This document shows positions 29,873 through 38,712 of a stretch of 40,498 nt of DNA, piece after piece (position 1 is the first letter of the stretch; every line of letters begins with the position of its first letter). The position numbers and the translations under genes are program-made. The notes beneath the pieces are model-generated. The model had not been told where the DNA came from and did no database searches. It saw only the letters and a list, made by a program, of their open reading frames with translations. The stretch covers positions 1 through 40,498 of the forward strand of contig CAIYSH010000222.1 in assembly GCA_903928755.1 (NCBI GenBank). The letters are read 5' to 3'. This stretch comes from an uncultured Alphaproteobacteria bacterium (GTDB lineage Bacteria; Pseudomonadota; Alphaproteobacteria; Caulobacterales; Caulobacteraceae).

Positions 29873-30936
29873 AGACCCTCGGCCTACTCGCCCTTGCGCT
29901 GGTGTTGATGCCCCTCAACAGGGCCTTCGCTGCGGCACCAAGCTTTGATTGCGCCCTGGCCCGATCTGTCATCGAGATCGAGGTCTGCAAGGACCCGGTC
30001 CTGTCCTCTTCCGACAGCCTGATGGCTGAGCTCTATTTTCAGGCGAAGACCAGCGCCTTCCGCAGTGGGCCCTCCAACCAGCTCAGCCTTCAGCGGGCCT
30101 GGGTGAAGGACCGTCAGGCTTGCCTGACCCCTGAAAAGGCCGGTTTCAAATCGGTGCGGACTTGCTTGCGCTCGCGATATGACGCGCGAAATCACGAACT
30201 GGCCGTGGCGACGGTCATGTCCGATCCGCCCAGCGGCCTTAAGGCTCTGGACGTTCTCGATCCCCAGGCCGCGCCCCTTTACCGGGCCATCCGGACCTAT
30301 GTCCGGACGCCGTCTGACAAGACCGGTTTGATCCGCCTGCTTTCGCCCTATTTCAGCCGCATGGCGTCCGACCAGACCCAGGGCTATGGCCGGGACATTC
30401 TGGCTGACGAGAAGATCTTCAAGGCGCAGGACATACTGACCTCTGACCACCGGTTCGCCACAGGCCTGAAGGTCATCAGCGCCTATTTCGACGGCGACCC
30501 CCTGACCCTGCCCTGCGAGGCGGTGCTGACCCGCCCGGGGCTGCTGGAAACCGTCCAGCCGATCTTCGGCAGTACTCTGGACAACTTCATTCCCAGAACC
30601 GACTGCGCCGCCACCCTGCCGCCTGTGCCGAAGTTCGACGCCCTGGTGGCGCAGATCTACAAGACCTGGCCGGAGTGTCAGGGCACGATCCGGTTTGCCG
30701 CCTATCGAAGCTTTGAGGCCGAGGTGGAGGCTGCCCGAATTGCCGACGGCTCCGGCAAGCTCCGCACCAAGGCCGCACCGCGCCTGAAGGGTGTCGCCCC
30801 CGACGCCGTTACAGCTGCGACGGTGGAACTGGCGGAGTATTACAGGCTCTACCGCATATTCCCGCTCGCCAAGGGCCAGGCCATGGCCTTCAGCTCAGTG
30901 CAGACCATGTTGGCGGCAGGGCATGCCTGCAGCTGA
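29869..30936 (+). CDS. Secreted protein with N-terminal LprI/DUF1311-like domain
   Basis: Signal peptide; PSFDC..A....E..VC....L...D and Q..W...R..C.....CL...Y..R pattern; Cys-containing C-terminal region of unknown type; ATGA overlap with the upstream gene. Confidence 0.75.
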   Translation: MKTLGLLALALVLMPLNRAFAAAPSFDCALARSVIEIEVCKDPVLSSSDSLMAELYFQAKTSAFRSGPSNQLSLQRAWVKDRQACLTPEKAGFKSVRTCLRSRYDARNHELAVATVMSDPPSGLKALDVLDPQAAPLYRAIRTYVRTPSDKTGLIRLLSPYFSRMASDQTQGYGRDILADEKIFKAQDILTSDHRFATGLKVISAYFDGDPLTLPCEAVLTRPGLLETVQPIFGSTLDNFIPRTDCAATLPPVPKFDALVAQIYKTWPECQGTIRFAAYRSFEAEVEAARIADGSGKLRTKAAPRLKGVAPDAVTAATVELAEYYRLYRIFPLAKGQAMAFSSVQTMLAAGHACS

Positions 30937-30939
30937 GAC

Positions 30940-33771
30940 CTAATGCGCGTCGTCCCAGTTCCCGGCGGCGCGCGCTTCCACGACCAAAGGCACAGTCAGG
31001 GCAACAGCGGGTTCCGCCGCGCCTTCCATGACCCGTCTGGCGACCTTGATCAGGGCCTCGGCCTCGGCTTCGGGCGCTTCGAAGACCAGTTCGTCGTGGA
31101 CCTGCAGCAGCATCTGCGCTGACAGACCCTCGGCCTTGAGGGCAGCGGGCATGCGGATCATGGCCCGGCGGATCACGTCGGCGGCGGCGCCCTGGATGGG
31201 GGCGTTGATGGCGGCCCGGTCGCCAAAGGCCCGCTCGGCCTGGCTCTTGGAATTGACCGCCGGAATGTGGACCTTGCGGCCGAAGATCGTGGTCACATGG
31301 CCGTGGCTCCGGGCCTGGGCCTTGATCTCGTCCATATAGGCCCGGATGCCGGGGAAGCGTTCGAAATAGGTCTTGATATAGGCGCCGGCCTCGTCCTGCG
31401 GAATGGACAGCTGGTTGGCCAGACCAAAGGCGGAAATGCCGTAGACAATGCCGAAATTGATCGCCTTGGCCCGGCGGCGGGTCTCGGCGGGCATGCCCTC
31501 GACCGGAACTCCGAACATTTCCGACGCGGTGGAGGCGTGAATGTCCAGCCCCTGGGCGAAGGCGCTCTTCAGCTGGGGGATGTCGCCGATATGGGCCAGC
31601 AGGCGCAGCTCGATCTGGCTGTAGTCGGCGCTGATCAGCACCTTGCCCGGCTCGGCCACGAAGGCCTTGCGGATCTTGCGGCCCTCTTCCGTGCGGACCG
31701 GAATGTTCTGCAGGTTGGGATCGGTGGAGGACAGGCGCCCGGTGGTGGTCGAGGCCATGGCGTAGGAGGTGTGGATCCGGCCGGTGCGCGGGGCGATGGC
31801 GGCCACCAGATTGTCGGTATAGGTGCCCTTGAGCTTTGACAGCTGACGCCAGTCCAGCAGGACCCGGGGCAGGGCGTGGCCCTCGGCGGCCAGGTCTTCC
31901 AGCACCGAGGCGTCTGTGCCCTGTGCGCCCGTGGCGGTGGTCCGCTTGGACTTCAGCCCCATCTCGCCATAGAGGACGTCGCCCACCTGTTTGGGGCTAC
32001 CCAGGTTGAAGGGGTGGCCGGCGAGCTCATGGGCCTGGGCCTCCAGCTCGGTCATCCGCATGGAAAACTCGTGGGACAGCTGGCGCAGGCGGTCGGGATC
32101 GACGCGGATGCCGGCGTTTTCCATCTGGGCCAGGACCACGGGCAGGGGCCGTTCCAGGGTCTCATAGACGGTGACCAGCCCCTGGGGCTGAAGGCGGGGC
32201 CTCAGCACATGATAGAGCCGCAGGGTCACATCGGCGTCTTCGGCGGCATAGGTGGTGGCCGCGTCCAGGGCCACATGCTTGAAGCTCTTCTGGGCCTTGC
32301 CGGTCCCGGCCACGGTCTTGAAGCTGATGGGCTCGTGGCCCAGCCAGATCTTGGACAGCTCGTCCATGCCGTGATTGTGCAGACCCGCTTCCAGCACATA
32401 GCTGATCAGCATGGTGTCTTCGATGGGCGAGACCTCGATGCCATAGCGCGACAGGACGGCCAGGTCGTATTTGGCGTTCTGGGCGACCTTGAGGACGGAG
32501 GGGTCCTCCCGCAGGGGCTTCAGCCGCGCCATGGCCTCAGGAATGGGGATCTGGGTCAGGTCGGCCGGGGCGTCAAAGGCCAGGCCGCCTTCGGGTTCGT
32601 GGCCCAGGGGGATGTAGCAGGCCTGGCTGGGCCCGACCGCCAGGGACACGCCGCAGAGTCCGGCATTGGCCGAGGACAGGGCGTCAGTCTCGGTGTCGAA
32701 GGCAATGATCCCGGCGGCCCGGGCCCGGGCGATCCAGGCGTCCAGGGTTTCGAGGTCGCGGACACAGGCATAGGCGCTGGTGTCGATGGGCACCTGATCG
32801 GGGGCGGGTTCTGCGGCGACGGTGGACTTGCCCCCGTGGGCGCCGGCTATGGTGTGGGCGATGGGGCTGGGGGTTCCGCCCCCGGCCACCCGGCGGCCCA
32901 AGGACCTCAGCTCCATGTCGTTGAGGAAATCGCCCAGCACCACGGGATCGGGATCAGCGACGATCAGCTCGTCCAGAGCGGCGGGGAGGGGGGTATTCAG
33001 GTCGAGCTGGACCAGCTGGCGGGAGAGGCGGATCTGGTCGGCGAAGTTGATCAGGGTCTCGCGGCGCTTGTCCTGTTTGATCTCACCGGCCCGGGCCAGG
33101 AGGGTTTCCAGATCGCCATATTCGTTGATCAGCAGGGCGGCGGTCTTGACGCCAATGCCCGGAGCGCCGGGCACATTGTCGGCGGAATCCCCGCACAGGG
33201 CCTGGACCTCCACCACCTTGTCCGGCGCCACGCCAAACTTCTCGAAGACCTGCTCGGGGCCGATCTTCACATTCTTCATGGTGTCGAGCATGGAGACCCG
33301 GTCGCCCACCAGCTGCATCAGGTCCTTGTCGGACGAGACGATCATCACCTCGCCGCCCATGTCGCGCACCTTGACCGCATAGGCGGCGATCAGGTCATCA
33401 GCCTCATAGCCGGGCAGTTCGAGGGCGTGGACCCCAAAGGCCCGGGTGGCGTCCCGGACGAGGGGAAACTGCGGGATCAGGTCTTCCGGCGCCGGGGGGC
33501 GGTGGGCCTTGTAGAGGGGGTAGAGCTCATTGCGGAAGGTCGTCCCCGAATAGTCGAAGACTACCGCCAGATGGGTCGGCGCGTCCGTCTGGGCCTTCAT
33601 GTCCACCAGCAGCTTCCACAGCATGTTGCAGAAGCCCGACACGGCGCCAATGGGCAGGCCGTCGGTCTTGCGCGTCAGGGGCGGCAGGGCGTGGAAGGCC
33701 CGAAAGATAAAGGCGGACCCGTCCACCAGATAGAGACGGATCGGGGCGGCAGCTGATGGCGTATCGGTCAT
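30940..33771 (-). CDS. polA: DNA polymerase I
   Basis: 5'-3' exonuclease (LVDGS..FRAFHA), 3'-5' exonuclease (FDTET), polymerase motifs ADYSQIELR, AKAINFGIVYG, LLQVHDEL. Confidence 0.99.
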   Translation of the reverse strand: MTDTPSAAAPIRLYLVDGSAFIFRAFHALPPLTRKTDGLPIGAVSGFCNMLWKLLVDMKAQTDAPTHLAVVFDYSGTTFRNELYPLYKAHRPPAPEDLIPQFPLVRDATRAFGVHALELPGYEADDLIAAYAVKVRDMGGEVMIVSSDKDLMQLVGDRVSMLDTMKNVKIGPEQVFEKFGVAPDKVVEVQALCGDSADNVPGAPGIGVKTAALLINEYGDLETLLARAGEIKQDKRRETLINFADQIRLSRQLVQLDLNTPLPAALDELIVADPDPVVLGDFLNDMELRSLGRRVAGGGTPSPIAHTIAGAHGGKSTVAAEPAPDQVPIDTSAYACVRDLETLDAWIARARAAGIIAFDTETDALSSANAGLCGVSLAVGPSQACYIPLGHEPEGGLAFDAPADLTQIPIPEAMARLKPLREDPSVLKVAQNAKYDLAVLSRYGIEVSPIEDTMLISYVLEAGLHNHGMDELSKIWLGHEPISFKTVAGTGKAQKSFKHVALDAATTYAAEDADVTLRLYHVLRPRLQPQGLVTVYETLERPLPVVLAQMENAGIRVDPDRLRQLSHEFSMRMTELEAQAHELAGHPFNLGSPKQVGDVLYGEMGLKSKRTTATGAQGTDASVLEDLAAEGHALPRVLLDWRQLSKLKGTYTDNLVAAIAPRTGRIHTSYAMASTTTGRLSSTDPNLQNIPVRTEEGRKIRKAFVAEPGKVLISADYSQIELRLLAHIGDIPQLKSAFAQGLDIHASTASEMFGVPVEGMPAETRRRAKAINFGIVYGISAFGLANQLSIPQDEAGAYIKTYFERFPGIRAYMDEIKAQARSHGHVTTIFGRKVHIPAVNSKSQAERAFGDRAAINAPIQGAAADVIRRAMIRMPAALKAEGLSAQMLLQVHDELVFEAPEAEAEALIKVARRVMEGAAEPAVALTVPLVVEARAAGNWDDAH

Positions 33772-33826
33772 GAGGGCAGGATAGGATGACCCAGTGCGCA
33801 GGTCACCTGCCGGTTGGTTCTGCGCC

Positions 33827-35170
33827 CTATTTTACCGCCGTGAATTCCACCGGCATGGCGCGGATGGCATAGACGAAGTTGTTTGCCGCCACGTCCTTGG
33901 GGCCGGACTGGCGGATGTCGGGGAAGCGGGCCAGCATCTGGCGGTAGACGGCTTCAAGCTGCAGCTTGGCCACCTGCTTGCCGATGCAGGTGTGGGGGCC
34001 ATAGCCGAAGGCGATGTGCTTGTCGGCATTGGCCCGCTCGACGTCGAACTGGTCGGGATTGGCGAAGACCGCCGGGTCCCGGTTGGCCGCGCCGTAATAC
34101 ATGATGACCTTTTCGCCCTCGGCGATCTTCTGGCCGCCGACCTCGGTCTCGCGGGTGGCGGTGCGGCGCATGTAGATGACCGGGCTGACCATGCGGATGA
34201 TCTCATTGACCGCACCGGGCATGAGCTCGGGCCGGGCGATCAGCTTGGCCTTCTGGTCAGGGAACTGGGTCAGCAGCTCCATGGCCCCGGAAATGGTGTT
34301 GCGGGTGGTGTCATTGCCGGCAAAGACGATCAGCAGCCAGGAGCCGTCGAGATACTCATCAGCCAGCAGGTCGCCGTCCACCTGGGCCCGGGCAATGGCG
34401 CTCATCAGGTCATGCTGGGGATCAAGCCTGCGCTTGTGCAGCATGTGGCGGCCGTATTCGAACATTTCGGAAATGGCCGCCTGGAAGGCGTCGAGGAACA
34501 TCCTGGCTTCCGGCGGCAGGTCGGCGGCCGCACCCTCCATGCCCCCTGATGACCCGCTGCGCTCAGCGGCAAAGGAATTGGCCATTTCCAGGAAATGCAT
34601 CCAGGTCAGGAATTTCGGGCGGTCCTCCACCGGCACGCCGAGGATTTCACACAGGGTGAAGAGCGGCAGCTGGGAGGACAGGGCGGTGACCAGATCGCAT
34701 CGCCCCTGGGTGGCCATGGCGTCCAGCAGGCGGGTGACCTCACCCTCCACCTTCTGGGTCAGGGCGCGCAGATAGCCGGGGGTGAAATAGGGCATGTGCT
34801 CCATGCGGAGCTGCATGTGAAACGGCGCATCCATATTGATCATGGCGTCCATGGAGGCCCTGGCCAGCTGCATTTCCGAGCGCTGGGTCCCCATGAGGAT
34901 GCCGCCCCTCTGGGAGGAGAAGGTCTCATAGTCGGCATTGACCTTCATGACGTCGTCATAGCCGGTGACCGACCAGAAGCCCGGGCGGTCATCGGGCTCG
35001 TCATTCCAGGCCACCGGCGAGGCACCGCGGAGCCTGGCGAATTCGTCGATTGGCGGGCCCTTGATGAAGGCCGCCGGGTTCCAGAGTTCGATATTCGAAA
35101 CCGGATAGATCGGCGCATGGGCCGGTCCCTTGACGGTCCCCACATCCACGGTGTCGCTGATCAGTTTCAT
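33827..35170 (-). CDS. Cytochrome P450
   Basis: I-helix AGNDTT, K-helix E..R (NEIIR), heme motif FGYGPHTCIG. Confidence 0.96.
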   Translation of the reverse strand: MKLISDTVDVGTVKGPAHAPIYPVSNIELWNPAAFIKGPPIDEFARLRGASPVAWNDEPDDRPGFWSVTGYDDVMKVNADYETFSSQRGGILMGTQRSEMQLARASMDAMINMDAPFHMQLRMEHMPYFTPGYLRALTQKVEGEVTRLLDAMATQGRCDLVTALSSQLPLFTLCEILGVPVEDRPKFLTWMHFLEMANSFAAERSGSSGGMEGAAADLPPEARMFLDAFQAAISEMFEYGRHMLHKRRLDPQHDLMSAIARAQVDGDLLADEYLDGSWLLIVFAGNDTTRNTISGAMELLTQFPDQKAKLIARPELMPGAVNEIIRMVSPVIYMRRTATRETEVGGQKIAEGEKVIMYYGAANRDPAVFANPDQFDVERANADKHIAFGYGPHTCIGKQVAKLQLEAVYRQMLARFPDIRQSGPKDVAANNFVYAIRAMPVEFTAVK

Positions 35171-35341
35171 GGCGTCTTCTCCCGACTATGGACTCAAGTA
35201 TGAGGTGCATGCCCTAGGGCAAGGCAAGCCCTGAGCATTGATCAAAGCGAACGAATCGCCAACCGCTGGAAATGGCGCCGGGGTGGCAACCGTCTACAAG
35301 CTCTGGTGTTTTGTTCAGGCCCTGTTCCGCGCGCGCGGAGC

Positions 35342-35602
35342 CTAGTGCCCGTGAGAGCCCTCATAGACGCCCGGGGCGTGGGAGGATTTTGCGGTCAGGA
35401 CAAAGCGGCGGTCGCAATAGGGACAGTCCACCTGGCCGTCGGTTCCCAGTTCCAGAAAGACCTTGGGATGACCCAGGGCCCCGCCGACGCCATCACAGGC
35501 GACCTTGTGGGCGGCGACATGGACGATTTCCGGCTCTGGCCCCTGGGACACAGGAGCGGCGGAAGCGGGGGCGCTGGACTTGGCGGGGGCTTTACGGGCC
35601 AT
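35342..35602 (-). CDS. zf-CHCC zinc-finger protein (NDUFS6-like)
   Basis: VACDG..GALGHPKVFL ... CPYC motif. Confidence 0.88.
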   Translation of the reverse strand: MARKAPAKSSAPASAAPVSQGPEPEIVHVAAHKVACDGVGGALGHPKVFLELGTDGQVDCPYCDRRFVLTAKSSHAPGVYEGSHGH

Positions 35603-35718
35603 GCATTCTCTCCTGCGGGGAGCTTGGCGACGCGCCCGCGCAGGCTTAGGTATGCGACCATAGCTTTCCGCGTCAATCGCGCCGCGTTCATTCCTGCCTG
35701 TTTCGGTTAAAGAGCCCC

Positions 35719-36681
35719 ATGTCCCTGCCCGATTTCGCCATTGAAGCCAGAAACCTGGTCAAGACCTACCCCGCCACCAAGACGACTGCGGAAATGCAGG
35801 CGCTGAAGGGCATTGACCTGCAGATCCCCCGGGGCTCGATCTTCGGCCTGCTGGGCCCCAACGGAGCGGGCAAGTCGACCTTCATCAACATACTGGCCGG
35901 CCTGACCAAGAAGACGTCGGGTACCGTGACCATCTGGGATCGCGATATCGACCAGCGCCCCCGGGATGCCCGGGCCGCCATCGGGGTTGTGCCCCAGGAA
36001 ATCTCCGCCGACCCTTTCTTCACCCCCTATGAGTCCCTTGAGGTCCAGGCCGGGATGTATGGGGTTCCGCCCAAGGAGCGGCGGACCATGGAGCTGCTGA
36101 CCGCCCTGGGTCTCGGGGACAAGGCCAAGGCCTATGTCCGCCAGCTGTCGGGGGGGATGAAGCGCCGCCTGATGGTGGCCAAGGCCATGACCCACAATCC
36201 GCCGGTGCTGATCCTCGATGAGCCGACAGCCGGGGTGGATGTGGAGCTGCGCCGCCAGCTGTGGAACTTCGTGGTCGACCTCAATCGCAAGGGGGTGACC
36301 ATTGTCCTGACCACTCACTATCTGGAAGAGGCCCAGGAGCTCTGCGACACCATCGCCATCGTCAACCGGGGTCAGGTGGTGGCCTGCGAGCCGACCGGCG
36401 ATCTGCTCAAGCGTCTGGACACCCGGACCGTGGTGATCACCTCCAATGCGCCCCTGACCGAGGTTCCGATCCTCAAGGGTTTTGAGGGCAAGCTGCGCAA
36501 GGATGGCAGTCTGGCCGTGGCCTTCAAGACCGGCGAGACCGGCGTCGAACAGGTGCTGGCCGCCGTCCGCGCGGCCGGAGTGGGCATCAAGGACCTGGCC
36601 ACCGAAGACCCGTCCCTGGAGGACGTCTTCCTGTCCCTGACCTATGGGGACCCGACCGCCGAACGCCCCACCGGAACCTGA
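35719..36681 (+). CDS. ABC-2 type transporter ATP-binding protein
   Basis: Walker A GPNGAGKST, signature LSGGMKRR, Walker B ILDEPT, TTHY. Confidence 0.95.
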   Translation: MSLPDFAIEARNLVKTYPATKTTAEMQALKGIDLQIPRGSIFGLLGPNGAGKSTFINILAGLTKKTSGTVTIWDRDIDQRPRDARAAIGVVPQEISADPFFTPYESLEVQAGMYGVPPKERRTMELLTALGLGDKAKAYVRQLSGGMKRRLMVAKAMTHNPPVLILDEPTAGVDVELRRQLWNFVVDLNRKGVTIVLTTHYLEEAQELCDTIAIVNRGQVVACEPTGDLLKRLDTRTVVITSNAPLTEVPILKGFEGKLRKDGSLAVAFKTGETGVEQVLAAVRAAGVGIKDLATEDPSLEDVFLSLTYGDPTAERPTGT

Positions 36682-37576
36682 GCCGGCAGGGCCTTCAGGA
36701 AGTCGCGCACCACCCGGGCAGAGTTATCCGCCGCCAGCCGGATGAAGATCGGGAACTGGTTACCGGCCGGATCGCCCCCCGCCAGGTCCGACAGGGCCCG
36801 GAAGGCGATGAAGGGCGTGCGGTTCACATAGGCCACATGGGCGACAGCGGCGGTCTCCATGTCCAGAACCCGGGCCTGGAAGGCGCGATAGGCATAGTCC
36901 CGATAGGCGGCGTTATCGACAAAGGTCGGGCCGGACACCCATTGCCGCCGACCACCACCTTGGGGGTTTTTTCCAGACAGGCGGTTCCGGCGCAGCGGGA
37001 GAGTTCGGTCTGATCTGCCTTGGCCCTGGCCACGGCCAGCATGTCGGGGTCGACCTCGAACCAGGTCTTGCGCTCCACCCCGCCCTTTGGCCCGGGCACG
37101 GTGACGCCCCGGGGGATCATCATGCCGAAGGCCGGAACGCCGGTTCCATCCCCGCCGCCCTGGAAGCCCTGCGGCGTCTCCCGGGCAAAGCGGTTTTCCT
37201 GATATTCGCCCCATCGCTCGGCGACGATCACATCACCCACGTCGAGGGCGGGGTCCACCCCGCCGCCGACCCCGGAAAACACGATCCGGTCCACCTTGAA
37301 GTGATCCAGCATCAGTTGGGTGGTCATGGCTGCATTGACCATGGAGACGCCGGACAGCACCAGAATGACCGGCTTGCCGTCCAGATTTCCCAGGGTGAAG
37401 TCGGTTCCGTTGATGTGCTGGACGCGGGTTTCGGTGGAAGCTGTCTTCAGGGCTTCCAGCTCGGGACCGAAGGCCGACATGACGGCCAGCCGGGCCGGTT
37501 CGGCACTGGCATTGAAGGCGAGGCACAGGCTGGTCAGCAGGGGAAGAAGGAATCTTGGGCGCAAAGTCATCTCCAT
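36642..37576 (-). pseudogene. Exported MTA/SAH nucleosidase-like protein (PNP/UDP fold), frameshifted at about 36938-36940
   Basis: N-half (signal peptide, AVMSAF..E, SGVSMVNAA, FSGVGGG) and C-half (SGPTFVDN, DMETAAVA.V, FRALSDLAG) are in different frames. One extra G in AAT-GGG-[G]TG-TCC restores a single ORF. May be a sequencing error. Confidence 0.82.
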
Positions 37577-37675
37577 GGGCAGAATCGCACCCTAGAGAAG
37601 GTTTCCGTCCGCGGCCACGCGTCCAGGCCTTGCGCTTTGGCCCCAGGTTCGTGTCCATAGGCCATGGGGCGATTC

Positions 37676-38704
37676 ATGAGACGATTTTGGGCGGCACTGA
37701 TCCTGATTTGGGCGGTGGGCGCGGGACAGGCTCTGGCGGCGAAGATCCCGATCAAGGTCGTGATCCTCACCACCTTTGAGGTGGGCGCTGACACGGGCGA
37801 CATGCCCGGAGAGTTCCAGCACTGGGCCGAAAGCTATCCCCTGAAGAAGAGCGCCGTGGTTCCGGGTATTGAACGGCCGGTTCGCTATACGGCCGATGGC
37901 GTGCTGGGCGTGGTCACCGGCATGCGCGCGCGGCCCCGGGAAGCTGTCGCCGCCCTGATTTCCGGCGATCAGTTCGATGTTTCCCACGCCTACTGGATTG
38001 TCGCGGGCATTGCCGGGGTCGATCCCCGGTCTGGCGCCATTGGCTCAGCGGCCTGGGCGCGCTGGGTGGTGGACGGCGACCCCACCTAGGAGATGGACGA
38101 GCGGGAAATCCCCGGCGACTGGGCCTGGGGCCTCTATTCCCTGGGAACCCATGAACCGCGGGTCAAGGGCTCTGCGGCGGGCTCCAGTGGCATGGCCTGG
38201 AAGCTCGACCCCGGTCTTGTGTCCTGGGCCTATGGCCTGACCAGGGACCTGCCCCTGGCCGACAATGACAGGCTCCTGGCGGCCCGCAGCCGCTATCCCT
38301 CAGAGCCGGAAGCCCTGAAGCCACCCCATGTGATGCTGGGCGATGCCCTGGCGACCGTCCGTTTCTGGCATGGTGACCGGCGCACCCAGTGGGCGCGGGA
38401 CTGGGTTTCGCTCTGGACCGACCGGGACGGGCTCTTCGTCATGAGTGACTGCGAGGATCAGGGCGTCCTTGATGTCCTGACCATTTATGGCCAACAGGGC
38501 CGGGTGGACCCCCGCCGGGTTCTCGTCCTGCGCACCGCCAGCAACTATACCCGCCAGCCTGACGGGGCCCAGCCGGTGCTGAAGGAGTTCACCCCCGGTG
38601 GTGCGGCTGCAGCCTTCCAGGCGGCCTACGACGTGGGCGCTCCGGTAGCCCGCGCCCTGGTCGCCGGCTGGCCCAAATACAAGACAACCCTGCCAGGAAG
38701 CTGA
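37676..38704 (+). pseudogene. Purine nucleoside permease (NUP) family exported protein interrupted by in-frame TAG at 38087-38089
   Basis: KVV..T.FE.G.DTGD.PGEFQ.W, YW.VAGIAG, then DGDPT*EMDEREIP continuing in frame to EDQG and LVLRTASNY. Confidence 0.82.
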
Positions 38705-38712
38705 GACACATC

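Noticed and set aside
32505-32515. PolA LKPLRED where LKPLLED might be expected
   Set aside because: A single substitution outside the catalytic motifs; cannot distinguish natural variation from error without reads.
31876-33756. 626-aa ORF antisense to polA, and similar long antisense ORFs elsewhere
   Set aside because: Mirror frame of a strongly GC3-biased gene; no domain signatures.
38087-38089. Pyrrolysine or genetic-code reassignment of TAG
   Set aside because: TAG is used as a normal stop by several genes here (e.g. DUF299 gene, hisB, nth), and no pyl genes are present in the window.
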